From: Eledone cirrhosa
Lineage: Eukaryota
Direction of reading: 5' to 3'
NCBI GenBank assembly: GCA_964016885.1
Contig: OZ024741.1
Span: 133,238,001 to 133,302,000 of the forward strand
DNA: 64,000 bases
The position numbers and the translations under genes are program-made. Of this stretch, positions 13,080-27,114 are shown piece after piece (positions within the stretch are counted from its first letter, which is position 1; each line of letters opens with the position of its first letter). Under the pieces are notes generated by a model. That model was not told where the DNA came from. It did no database searches and saw only the letters and a list, made by a program, of their open reading frames with translations.

Positions 13080-14434
13080 TAATATATATATATATATATA
13101 TACGGTGTCGTCATCATGGTTCTCGCATTCGACAAAACCAAGACAGGTGTAGGATATATTACAAAGAAACAAAGGATATAATTTAATTCAAGCTGTAATA
13201 ATATTTTAGTCTATGCTAAACGAATGGTAATACAGAAAGCTGGTTCAATAAACTGACAATAATTATAAGTGGTTCCATTGACGTCAAACCTATTGACGTG
13301 CTGGTGGGTAGATTGAGTTGAGAAAAAAAGTGTTTCTAATAATGTGATAGCCTGTATGTGTATGGGCGTTGTAGTTTCCACTATCAACAATAACCATGAC
13401 GACATCAGACTTCCTCCCCACCCTTTCAGTTACTAATGTTTTATTATCTCGTGTGACACTCGCTTCGTTATCTAATGTGACATTTATATATCTACATTAA
13501 ACACCATTGATATCCGTTTAATAATAATAATTTTTTTTTTTTTTACTGGCTATGATTGCAGTGATCAGGGGTAAAATCATCACAGAATGAGGACAAAATG
13601 AATTACTTTTGTATATTTATTAAATCCAGTAACTTAATGTTGCTGTCACCGTCACTATAGCCACACGTTCTTCACCTGGCTATTTTAATTGTACTTGCGG
13701 GGTTTATAAGAAGCTCTAATATTTATATCAATGTTGTGTCCTCAGATTTGTAGATCTGAGATATAATTATTTGAATTGACTCCATTGCATTCTTTGGTCA
13801 AGCTTGGCTGCTATATATATTTCTAGTCAAGCCTGAAGATGAAAGGTGATATCAGCACTTACTTGATTTCAGCTCAGAGTGTGACTAAATACTGCAAGTC
13901 ACTTTGACATTCTAATTTTTAGCTTTTGCTTTGTCACCTTAATAAAAACAAGGCCAAAATTTGACTGGTATTTTTTATCAATCCTGAAAGGTTGAAAGGC
14001 AAGATTTGAACTGAGAATATAGAACCCAGAACTAATTCAAGTATAAGGAAATAACTGACAAACTACAAGTGGGAATATTGAGAATAAAAGTTAGTTATTT
14101 TAGTTATTAGGAAAGCCTTTGAATCAACCCTTTCATTATCATAGTTCTAATCAAAGACACTGCCTGTGATTTTCAAATAATTTTGAAAATAATAAAAAAA
14201 GATTTTAATGGATTTAATAATATAAATTAACTTCTTCATAATTAAGTTTTTGAGTTTCAGGTGGTTTGGTTTCAAAGGGGTTAAGTTGAAGACTCCCTCA
14301 CTCCTCTTTAATACCAGTGTACAATGTGTTGATGTTTGCTATTCCATATAACAAGTAATGATGTAGCTGGTACTAAACTAAGGCATATTAGTCCATTGTT
14401 ATATACACTGATATAAATAAATTATTTAATAAAA

Positions 14435-15120
14435 TGATGGGAGACAAGAGAGATTGTTCCAATCTCCTTGTTAAGCCTCCCCTGTAAAGTCTAAGTTAAG
14501 TGTCTGACAAAGAGACACAGAAGCTAGCTGATGAATAGTGTGGTTTCCGCCCCGGGCACAGCACAGCCGTTCAAATATCCATACTGCGGCAGGTCTTTGA
14601 GAATTCGTGGGAGTATTGTCATGAGTTATGTTCTTGTTTTGTTGATCTTGAAAAAGCATATGACTGTGTTCCTTGGGGCCTGATATCTCTATACGAATGC
14701 CCGAGTATTTGTGTTTGGATAAATGGTGCTAAATCGAAACCTTTCAATGTGGGAGTCGGACTCCACTATGGGTGTGTTCTGTTACCTTTCCTGTTCATTA
14801 TTTACTTGAACAGGATTGACATGTGCAGTTGGGTTGGAAGTTGTATCATGACAAGTGGGTGTAAAATCAGTCGGCTGGAATTTGCAGATGACATGGTGTT
14901 ACTTAACTTGACAGAAGATGATCTCCAACTTGCACTCGATAGAGTGCTGCATGGCGGAAATGAAAATCGGTGCTGCTAAAACTGAGACACTCGTCCTCTC
15001 AAGGAAACCTACACAATGCACTCTACATGTAAATGGAGTTCCACTAAGAAGTTCAAGTATCTTGGGGCTGAGTTCACGAGTGATGGGAGGCAGGAGGCTG
15101 AAATAAGTGCAAGAATTGCA
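14435..15120 (+). mobile_element. RTE family 2 RT fragment
   Basis: GVGLHYGCVLLPFLFIIY...EFADDMVL...FKYLG motifs; homologous to 44100-44590. Confidence 0.8.
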
Positions 15121-18100
15121 GGATGGAAGGTAAAGTTAACCTTAGTGGGATTTGAACTTAAAGCACCAAGAGTCAGAACATGCACCACAATGCATATAAG
15201 CTGACACTAACCACTGCCAATTTGTTGTTTTTAAACCCACTTAATAATATGGGTTATTACTATATTCTCAGCTATTATCTACAATGATCAACTGTTATTA
15301 CAGTTATTTTCTGCATTTGGGACCCTCACATTTTCAAATTTCAAAACAAAATAATGTTTGTTTGTCATTATAAGTGATCAGTTTTAAAGTTTCGAGCAGA
15401 GCCTGATACAAGTCAATACGAAAAATAGACTGGGTTTGAACCAATCAGTTCAGAAGATCCTTGTTCTTGTTTTACACCACTGCCACTAACACCATCACCA
15501 TTTTTCTTATATCCAACTGCCAAAACATTTAGATACCTCTCTATTTTTATCCCATTTGTTTACTGCAATCATTACTGAAACTAGGAATCCCTAATATCAA
15601 TATTATGCTAAGCAATATATTTATATATTTACATGTGTGTACACACACACATGTGTATCCAGTTTAGAATAGATACACAGTATTCCTGCATGTCATAAGA
15701 AATTACTATAAGGGTCAGTGTAAGGAAGGACATCTAGTTGTAAAACATTAAAAAGTGCCAGCATGAAAAAGTTGACAAAAACAATGATGATGATACATTC
15801 ATTTTGAAATATTACATTGAGCTAATTATTTAGATATGCTGGGTGGACTGTGGGTTATGAAACAGCAAAGTCAGTCAATTGTTATTTGAATAACAATGCA
15901 ATAGAAATGTGTCATAAAATTAAATCACTTAAGTGAAAATCAATAGAAGTATATTCACTCTTGTAGTTACGTGACAACACAATTTCTTTCCACTATCCCT
16001 GGCTATAATCATCATCATCATCATCATTTAACGTCTATTTTCCATGCTTGCATGGGTTAGACAGGTTGTCGAGTTATGAAATTAGTTAGGTCCGGAGATC
16101 ATATTATGCTCATACAGATCTATTTTCATTTTATTTCTACCACTGGATGCTCTTCCTAGTGGCAAACACGTTGCCGTAGTGTAAAATATTTGTACACTAA
16201 CTGTATATGTAGAAAAAACATTTACTTTTATAAACATTTGGTTAATTTACGAAGCATTGAGAAATTTGAAAATATAATTACCACAATGCAGGTAACTATA
16301 ATAATAGTTAACTATATTTATCAGTTAAATATGTTGAGTAAAGTATCCCTGATTTGATTTTCTACAGGCTTCTCTATTTCCAGGAGTACTTTACCTGACT
16401 TATTCAACTATTATTTATAGTTATCTGGATTATGGCAACTATATTTTCTTTTGATTAATATTGGTTCAAATATTTCTTCTGATTATGCAATAGAATGTGG
16501 TAGGGTGCACAGCTTTATGTGTTTGGTGATACAAATGAGAAAAAAAATACTTCATGCATATAGATTATTTATTCAAAAGAGGCTGTTCCCCTCCATCAAA
16601 ACTCAATTTCTCACTACCTTGGGAACTTGGTGTGGACTAATGAGAATGATTGCATGTAACAATGGAATTATCAGCTTCTCTCAAATAAATCTTTTTTATA
16701 GGCTTCCATTTCTGAATCTCCTCTTCTCAGATTTTTAGGTAATTTCTATCTGCTGAACTTACTATGGAAAAAGAGCTAGCTATGTGTAATGTAGATTCAT
16801 ATACCATATGTATGTGTGTGTAGTGTTTATGACATCATAAAATGCACCCAGAGCACTCTGTAAAGGAGTTAGCAATATAAAGAGCATCTAGCTGTAGAAT
16901 CTATGTCAAAATGGAACATATAAACATGGCATGGGCCTCAGACCTGTCTAATCACAGGAGCTAACAACTCACCCAACCTATGCTTGCATGGAAAACAGAT
17001 ATAAAATGATGGTGATTAGGTGGTGGTGTGGACAAGTGCTAAGGATTTAACTGAATGTTAAATATATCAGCTCATATAGGAAATCTCCCTGACCTGGTAT
17101 TGTGAAACTGGTGCAGATGGATAAAAATATGCTATGAGTTGGCAGAAGGCCAGGGAAGGAAGGAATTGTAGTGGTTAGATCTAAACGTGTTCAGTCTCAC
17201 ACATGAGATGATACAGAATTGAGAAAAGTTGCAATGTGCCATACTGTGTAGACTTAGGAAACTCATAAACATCTTCATTAAAATTATATGTGGTGCATTT
17301 ATGTATGTATTTAATTATTCATATATACATGCAATACACAGCACAAACATATCCTGTGTACCCACCTCAATGCTTGCTGAACTGAACTTGGTAATACATG
17401 GAAGTAGATCTACTGTGAGAAAGCTGGTGATTTTTTTTCATTGAAGGATGAGTAGTAATATTAATGTTTCAACCATGGCAGTGGGCCAGTGTTGCAGGGG
17501 TGGGTGGGGTGTAATTGATTGATTATATTCTATAATAATACCAACATTGTTGATGTTTTATTTCCTTAAATCTTTCATTATATACTAACTACACTAGCCA
17601 GTTTTCTGTACACTAAAAATCAGATTTTGTTTTTACAGTACTTTACATTTTAACCAATTGTGTAACCAGAACAAAAGCTGATTGAACTAAGTCAAATGTT
17701 GTACTTGATTGAAGGGCTAAATTATGCTGTTTAATTTTTTTGTATCATCCAGGCCACTAAAAATGTGTTTATGTTAAATTTGGCAGAAGCTTCAGTATAC
17801 ATTGTTAAATGGTTGAGGATAAGAAGGGTATCTAACTGTAGAAACCATATTAAAAAAATGGGTCGAGAAGACTTTTCAGTTGTGTTGTGAGCACAACTTT
17901 TCTACTGTTGATACCAGTATAAAACACAAGAAATCTATGTTTTACATAGTATTTCAACATGTGCTACATAGAAAATGGCTATATTGTCCTGTCAGAACAC
18001 AACTCTCCATTAATATTGTTTCTACTCGGTAAAGTACTCAATATATAATATGATTTTGAACTCTGTGATTGACAGTTTTCAGCCTTATTAGACCTTAAAT

Positions 18101-20744
18101 TTGTAATCCACCCCAAAATATATACATTACTATTTTTCAAGGGGTGCCCACTCATGCAATGGGTTGAGTAGTGTACATTTAGATTATTTATTGAAATTAT
18201 GTGTGGTTTGTGCGTTGCAGTTATTGACTGACTGGTGACTAGAGCTACGCAGCAATAGCAATTTAGGTTAACATGGAAAACGAATATGTGAATTTGAATT
18301 GATGAGTTATTTGATCTGCTAAATTGTATTCAAATCATATCTTACTTTAAAAAAGGGAATGACATGTTGGTTTACTCTTTTGATACCAAATTGCCTGAAA
18401 CTGCCCTTGTTTCTACAATACAAAACTATTTTAAAGTGTTTATATTTGTCATAATTTTATCTAAGAACCTTTATTAAGTTATGATTCAAGCACCAGATAA
18501 AAGATGAAAAAGTTATATTATTAAATACTTCCAAATTCTTGATTATTTTCAAAATAATTTTAAACATATAAGTGTCTTTCATTAAAAATATGATAACGAA
18601 AGGGTTAATGTACACTCTGAATAAAAGCCTAGAATGCTTATGATGATGATGATGATGATGAAAAATATTCTCCAGAAAATAATTTGCTGTTATGTGAAGC
18701 TTATATTGGCTAGCTGAAAACATTGACACACTTATTCTAACACAACTTCCCTTATTGTTAGATTTTGAAGCAATGTTGCAGTTTAAGGAAGATTTGAAAA
18801 GATGTTATTACCAGCAATGTGGAACAGGCAATCCAAATGACATGGTGGTGGTGGTAGTGGTACTACTACTATTAAATCATTTTCAGCTAGAAGTAACCAG
18901 GCTTCAGATATTGACTATGATACCACCCACTAAAGTAGTAAGTTTACTACTAGAACATATATATTTTTAGTTATTATATTCACAATCAAATAAACACGAG
19001 TTGTTTATTAGACTTGGGGAAAGGCTTCCTTTAAAATACAAATACCACTCCTGGCTGTCTCATGTAACTAGTTTCCTCTTTTACTGTAAGCTGATAGCTG
19101 ATTCAACAGTACTTGGAACTTGTGGTAATGGGTTTTAGTAAGCAGAAAGTCCACTATCAGAAAGAACCTTGTCTGAACTATGATAATAAAAAACACAAAA
19201 TGAATGCTTCTAGTTAACTTTCTTTTCTTTTTCTTTCTTCTCTAAGATGCTTATAGGATGCAAATCTTTTATTTTTCCTCAACAACATTCCTAGAGACCT
19301 TCCTCTTTTCTTCTTTCTTTCTAGAACTTTGTTGAGATTTTTCAGATGCCTTTTCCACCTATTTTCTTTTCATACTGTTCTTTTATTATTTTTTTTTCTC
19401 AGTAGTCTAGTGAAATGACCTCAAATATTTCCTATATCAAGTTGTAGTTATAAACAGTTGACAGCTTCAGGATTTCTTTCCTTTTTTTATCTCCTTCTCC
19501 TACTTAGAAATCTGATTGTCTAACTGGAATATAGTGAGTTTACCCTTTCCTTACCAACATACCCAAAACTACATATCTGCTTCTACAAAACAAAACCACC
19601 CATTGTAAGGGTTCGTATTGAAATTTAAAATCTTCCATCATAGTTTTATAATAAGACCCATGTGATAAAAATCCCTCAAAATTCTTCATTAATTAATTAA
19701 AATAGTGTTTCATTAGAAATATAGTCATAAACGGGTGAATACTTTATGCTGTTTAATGTACACTTTCTTCTACAGCAGCTTTAATGAATAGCCTTCATTT
19801 TTACTTTTAAGCTCCTTCATAGGTTGTTGCTTGGATTGATATCTGAATTATATTATCCCTTTCATGGCCATATTTTTAATGAAATAAATGCATTCTATTT
19901 CAATTAAGCATTTTGAGAGACTTATTAAAATTATCAATTATTTCATTACTAAGATGGAAACAATATAAAATTATGTTGTTTCTATCTTAGTAATGAAACT
20001 ATTTAAAGTGGGTGGCTTTGTTTCAAAGAAGCATAGCCAGGTTAATAATGGAAGGGTTAAAAAGCCTATTAAACACACAATCCAACATATGTATATCAAT
20101 CTATTGTGAATTTAAGTGTATAAAATAGTGACTAGAAAACTTCTTTTAATTTTTATTTGTAATCTATTGACATAACTTGCTTATTAAATTTTTTTATTGC
20201 CATTAAATCTTGTTTTTGATCTTACTAAGCTAGCATGAAAGATTTGATGCCTGCTGTAAAACATTTCAAATCCTTTCATGAGTTCTGTGAGGCTAATCCC
20301 TGCTTTAGTGGGTGGAAAATGGCCTTAAAACACCAGCTGCTGTAGTTGCTTATGGTTTTTATAGTCTTGCGAAATGATTGTCACACAAAATATTATAAAC
20401 TGAAACCAGAATCTTTTATATTAACAAATTTAATCAAAAACTAATTGAACAAGATTTTGTAGTTGTTTTCATATGGAATTGGGTCAACAAAAGTCCAAGA
20501 CAATATAATGCAATAGATAAAAATTAGTACAATCTATTATATTATTTGGAGATGGGGTCAAAAGTTAGATTTTTATTTTTTATTTTTTCATATGTGACTA
20601 TTTTTCTGCTTAAATATAGTGAGACATAGATTTATGATAATGGCGTCTTTCAATAATTGTTAGTAATTGTAAACATAATTAAGTGTTTTTAAATCGAAAT
20701 CCAGAACAGTTTTAGTTAGCAAAAAAAACCTGCTGGGTTGTATT

Positions 20745-21345
20745 TACAGTGCACTCTATATGTGAATGGAGTTCCACTAAATCAGGTAGAGAAGTTCAAG
20801 TATCTTGAGGCCGTGTTCACGAGTGAAGGAATGCAGAAGGCTGAATTGAGTGCAAGAATTGTAGAAGCTGGTGCAGTAAGGCAGCAGCTTCAGCATTCAC
20901 TAATCGGAAGGGCAGTAGGTGTAAAAGCCAAACTCACTTATCTTCAGTTCGGTATTCATGGCAACCCTTACCTAAGGTCATGAATTTGGGGTAATGACTG
21001 AAAGAATACGATCGCGAATACAAGCGACTAAAATGGGGTTCCTCCAAAGGGTTTTGGAGTAATGTTACTCAATAGAGTGCATAGCTCAGAGATCAGAAAG
21101 TTACTCCAAGTAGAGTCGCTACTTCTCCAAATTGAGAGATTACAGCTCCGATACTATGAGCATATGATTAGAATGTTTCAGGAAAGAATCGCTGGACAGA
21201 TTTTACAGGCAAAACCAACCGGTAGGAGACCCGGGGGTAGACCCCAAGTAAGATGGTTGTATAACATCCAGCTGGATCAGTTCGAGACGGTTGCTTCTGG
21301 AAGGACTCTGCCCTCATGACCCTCTCAGGAATAAGTAGGCAAAGA
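20745..21345 (+). mobile_element. RTE family 2 3' fragment (others at ~7660-8110 +, 8680-8930 -, 24690-25135 +, 29275-29740 -, 32443-32650 -, 42004-42295 -, 42610-42745 -)
   Basis: VEKFKYL...IERLQLRYYEHMIRM...GRRPGGRP; shared 3' end CAGGAATAAG. Confidence 0.8.
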
Positions 21346-21813
21346 ACAACATTTTATTAACTGTTTTTTTTTTTACTAATCACTAAACAGCCTGAAACTT
21401 CCATCTATTTATTTTAACGTGTTTATTTTTATCTAAAAACCTCCCATAATTTTATGTAAGAGCCTTTAAGTTATGATCCAAGCACCAACTTAATACTGAG
21501 AAAATGAGTTATATTATTCAATCCCTCCAAATTTTTGATTGATTTAAAAATTATTTGAAAATCATACCTATAATATCAAACCACCCTGATTCTATGACAA
21601 CACGCCCAGTTATACAATACAAAGCGATCTTAAAGTGTTTATAATTATCTAAAATCCTTCCATTGCAATTTTATGTAGGAACTTTTCTATTCCAAATACC
21701 AACTTAGTAGTGAGAAAGTTACTAACTCCTCACCTCCCCAAATTCTTGATTATTTTCAAAAGGATTTGAAAACCATAGGCACTGTCTTTCATTAGAAATA
21801 TGATAATGTAAGG

Positions 21814-22210
21814 GTTAACCCTGATCGACATTCCGACATTCCAGTCTATCGTTGAGCCCTAGTTAACCCTGATCAACATTCCAGTCTGTCGTTGAGACCT
21901 AGTTAACCCTGATCAACATTCCAGTCTGCCGTTGAGCCCTAGTTAACCCTGATCAACATTCCAGTCTGCCGTTGAACCCTAGTTAACCCTGATCAACATT
22001 CCAGTCTGTTGTTGAGCCCTAGTTAACCCTGATCAACATTCCAGTCTGCCGTTGAACCCTAGTTAACCCTGATCAACATTCCAGTCTGTTGTTGAGCCCT
22101 AGTTAACCCTGATCAACATTCCAGTCTGTCGTTGAGACCTAGTTAACCCTGATCAACATTCCAGTCTGTCATTGAGTCCTGATTAACCCTGATCAATATT
22201 CCAATCTGTT
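21814..22210. repeat. 40-bp minisatellite, ~10 copies
   Basis: (CTAGTTAACCCTGATCAACATTCCAGTCTGYYGTTGAGCC)n, near-identical units. Confidence 0.95.
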
Positions 22211-23281
22211 GGCGACACTATCTTCCTGTTATGTTTCATACTGTAACAACCTGTTGTTAAGCCTCAGTTAGCCCTGATGAAGCAGACCTATATCATGTCT
22301 TCTTAGAACTACATGGTCTAATATGTCCTTTCATTTAAGATTCTGAGGGAATATTTAGCTGCTGTTTCTAGCAGGTTGGTCAACTGCATAAAGGCAATTT
22401 TGTTAGCTAATAAAGTCTCCCTGACACCATTAATGTTCTTGTTTTGATTCCTGTACTAATTTGTCCTCTCTGAGTTCAAATTCCACAAGGTCAATTTTGC
22501 CTTTCATCTTTTCGGGGTTGATAAAAAATATACCAGTCTAGTACTGGAGTCAATTTTTCCCACTTTCTATCCTTCTCAGGAAGAAATCTGCTATGTTCTG
22601 CCTTGAGAGGGATGGGCTCTGTCAGGCTTTAAATGTCCAAGAAACGCTGTATGTCACTAATGAACCCCTATGACCCCATCAGGAGTTACAGGACCATACC
22701 ATACAGATGTTATAAATCAATATGATTCCAGTAGACCTTAGCAAAGTTAAATTACCAAGTCATTTTAACACGTCTTTCATATTGATTTAGCTTTTATATA
22801 TTTACTCTACAGCAATTAACACCATCCAAACTATTATAAACATTGAGTGATAATATTTGCTCACATCTAACAATACATTTCAGTCAACAATAGGATTAAG
22901 GGTGGAAAGTCATTTACGAATAGCAAAGTACATTGACTCAGTGTGTGTGTATCAGGAAGATTTAAAAAATGCTGTAAATTGACAGTAGAGAGACCAACAA
23001 TAACAAATACATTCTCCAACAAAAATGACTCATAGTGGTGGTGATTTGTTGAATTACAGCAATATCTAACCTACACCTCCTTTAGAGCAAATTATTTCTA
23101 TGGTGAACTGTAATGATATCAATTGAGAAATTTTTCATAATTATATAAATATTTAATATTTTTTCATTACATTAACTAACACATCTGATTTTATAATATA
23201 TTATTGGCTTCAGCTGTTGGTATTTAGTATTATTTTCTTTCTCTACAGGAACTTTAAAAGTTAATACAAGCTCTAACCATC

Positions 23282-23332
23282 ATGGCATTGTATCCTTCGT
23301 TGGAAGATATGAAAGTTGACCAGATGGTCAAA
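23282..23332 (+). CDS. SDCBP: Syntenin-1 coding exon 1 ([17 protein letters not shown]); exon begins at 23249 with 33 nt of 5' UTR
   Basis: Acceptor ctctacag at 23241-23248, ATG at 23282, donor gtaagt at 23333; phase 0. Confidence 0.93.
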
Positions 23333-26300
23333 GTAAGTACTATTTTCTTTTTATCAATAATAATACTTACCGTATATACTCGAATATAAGCCGAGGTAGG
23401 TAAAAAACACATTGTTTAGATGGCATGGTTTTGAAATTCTCATGAGTGGAGAATATATTTATGAAGTTTTAATATTTTGATATTTAAAAATATTTTAAGT
23501 GTTGTTTAGAGAATAGTTTTTGTTTCACAATTCCATTACGTAATATTGACCTCCAAAGTGAAACCTATGTAATATTGACCTCCAAAGCGAAAATATTTTA
23601 GCGCCTCATCCCATTTACATAGAATTTTGAAGTTGGTGAAAATCAGCAATATATTGACGGCCAACCCCCACCCCTTCCCATTTTACCATCAAATATTTTG
23701 TCACATTTCTCGGTTTGTATACGAGTATATACAGTATTTTACAAAATTCCATACATCTGACTGTTGTTCTTGTGTTGATGAAATAGTCCTCAGTTAGTTC
23801 CATTTCCATCACAGTTTAACCGTCTTTTAGTTCACCATCTTATTTTTAAAGAATCATTTTATATGAATTTTCATGAGAAATATCCATGCTTCTGCATGCC
23901 TTACCCACAAGTGATTTTGAACATTATACTGCAATTTAATAGTGCTACTATTGCCTACAATGGTGAATTGCTCTTTGGGAGTTAAATGTCTTGGCCACAA
24001 ACACATTACTGTTGATGACAGGATATGAAACATCAACTTCTTGGTTTGATGTTTGATATACTATCTACTTAACCACACTGATGATTAAGGGTGTGAAACA
24101 TTAACCTCTTGGCTGGGATTGAACTAGTAAACTGCAGATGAATGACAACTATTCAAAATGTGGTTTTACAAAACCAGAAAAATAATGTTAACAATTAAGT
24201 ATTTTATCCTATTATATAACTAGTTTAAAGTATTTAGACATAATTACTTTTCATTTTGTTTTTATTTTGTTTCACTTTTTAAGTAAAAGAATAAAACTGA
24301 TTGTGCAGTAACCTTGTGATGTGACAATGTTCTATAGTTATTGTTTCAGTAGGTCTATCTCATTCATTTGATGAGATGTTCATTATATATAATGTTGGTG
24401 TGTGTCTGTATCCCTGTGTGTTGGATGAGGCAACTAAAAGGATTAACACCAGGAAGGGAATTCTGGCCATAAAACATTACCTCAAAAAGAACCCTATCAG
24501 AAAGTCTACAAAGCTAACCCTTGCTTTAGCAAGGAAAAATGACCTTAAAACGGAAAAGATAAAGCAGAAGAGAATGAAATGTATGGGTCAGAGTATTCGT
24601 CAGTATTAGGAGATAGTGACTATGTTGTGTAGGAACTATCAGATGGATACATAAAAAGGGGTAGAAAGAAAAGAAATTACATTGAAAGATTGCTGGAAGA
24701 TACCAGAGAGGACAGCACAGGAGAGCTCAGAACACTGATGATGGATAGAGCTTTGGAGAGCAGGTGTAAAGACATATATACATATGCCATGTGTTGCATG
24801 GCTAGAATGAAAATCAGTGCTGTGAAAACTGAGACACTCATCCTCTCAAGGAAGCCTGCACTGTGAACTCTACATGTGAATGGGGTTCCACTGAAGCATA
24901 TGGAGAAGTTCAAGTATCTCAGGGCCATGTTCATGAGTGATGGAAAGCAGAAGAAGGGAGGTAGGTGTAACAGCCAAACTCGCTATCTTCAATTCAGTAT
25001 TCATGCCAACCCTTACCTATGGCCATGAAGTTTGGGTAATGACCGAAAGAATATGATTGCGAATACATGTGGCTGAAATGGGGTTCCTCTAGAGCGTCTT
25101 TGGAATAACATTACTTGATATAGTGTGAAGCTCTACCTACCATTTCTGACTAGGATACTATGGTTGGGCGTGCTTCCTAACGCCAACCACTTTGCAGAGT
25201 GTACTGAGTGTGTTTTACTGTAACCATCACTAAAGAGGTTTTGTTTTTTTGTCCTTGATATAACAGAAGAGTCCTCTCTGCCCTTTCTAACTCCAACCAG
25301 TTTTCAGGGTGTAGGGGATGCATTTTATTGTGACACCAGTACTAACCTAGATTACCCATCAAATGCCAACCACTTGAGGGGGCGGGAGTCATATACAGGT
25401 AAACCAATATGTATAATTAATCTATCTGATGTCTGTGTTGTTGCTTACTGACTGTTTATCACTAACTAATTTGTATTTTTATTTTACAATTCTAAGGCTC
25501 AACAAACTGCTTCTGTCAACAACCATGCTATACAGTACCCCGGACATTTTGATAGTGGCATATCACAGGCTGAACATGGTCACTTGTACCCAACCTTGGG
25601 AGATTATATGGGTCTAGCACTGACTCCTGAAATGGTTCAGAATATTGCACCAGCAGATAAACAAGTTGCTGTGAGTCAAGCTTATAGTGGTCAGATGCAA
25701 GTGGCTCCAATAACTGGTAACAATACAGGTTTGATGAGAGCTGAGATAAAACAAGGTATCCGAGAAGTTGTGCTGTGCAAAGATGAACATGGAAAGATTG
25801 GATTGCGTCTGAGACATGTGAACAATGTAAGTTGTTTTAAATATACTTACTACTTCAATATGTTGTGTGGTTCTGTATGTGTTACCTCTCACACAATCTC
25901 TGAGATTTCATTTTACTTTTGAAGTTTAATTCTTGAGAGAAAGTCCTGGACTTCACAGTCTGTGAATAGTTATTTGTTTATTATTTTGCAACAATAAAGT
26001 GCACCCAGTCCACTCAGCAATGTGATAGTGCTGGTGCCATGAAAAAACATATCTAGTACACCCTATCAGATGGTTAGTGTTACAACAGGCATTCAACCGT
26101 AGAAACCATATCAGATATGGAACATATGAGTAAGATGAGGTTGCTCTGACTTGTCTGGTCTCAAACTGTGACAACCCCTCCAGCATAAAAACAATGATGA
26201 TGATGATGAATTAAGTTTTTGTGTATTGCTTGAATAACCAGTGTGGATACTGTTGAGTCAAGAATTCCAATTAGTATTTTACAACTGTTTAAAGTCCAAC

Positions 26301-27078
26301 TAAGACAAGCAGAAATAATTGTGGCCTTTGCTACATTCATTGAGATTAGAATTTAGACATAATCCATAGCTCAACTTGTCTTATAAGAATCATACTTTGA
26401 TATTTGACTAGATAACTGTAGAGGCCACAATCAGGAACAATATACAAACTTCAACAAAAACCATCCATCTATTCTATCATGGACAAATAAATATTTTATT
26501 ATAAAATATATGAAATAATTTAGTTTAAAAATTATATTTTTGTTATATCTGTTTATTTTCTATTGTTTCCAGGGTGTGTTTGTGGCTTTGGTGCAGAATG
26601 GTTCTCCAGCAGCTATGGTTGGTTTAAGATTTGGAGATCAAATTCTTCAAATTGACAACCAATCAGTTGCTGGTTGGGACAATGATAAAGTCCATAAATA
26701 TTTGAAATCTGCCAATCCTCAAAAGATCTGTATGGCTATTAGAGACAGGTGAGTTAATGTTATATATTGTTATAGTTGGTGGTAGAGCTGGTGCCACAAC
26801 AAAAATAATCGTAACCCTAACCCTGTAAGATGGTTGCGCCGGAGTCCTGATAAAAGGCTCGTATATGCTGTAAAGTGGTTGGCGTTAGGAAGGTCATCTC
26901 CCCAAAGAAACCAAACCAAGAATGGAGTGTACAAGCAAGATGTGGTCTCATAACAAGTCTAGCCCCAGAATATGACAGCATGCCTTACCCATGCATGTAT
27001 GGAAAATTGACAATGAATGGTGGTGGTGGTGGTGATGATGATGATGATGATGATGAAGTTATTGCTTAAACTGAAATG

Positions 27079-27114
<36 letters not shown>

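Noticed and set aside
21814-22210. Regular repeat array superficially like a CRISPR
   Set aside because: Contiguous near-identical 40-bp units with no unique spacers; eukaryotic context, no cas genes.
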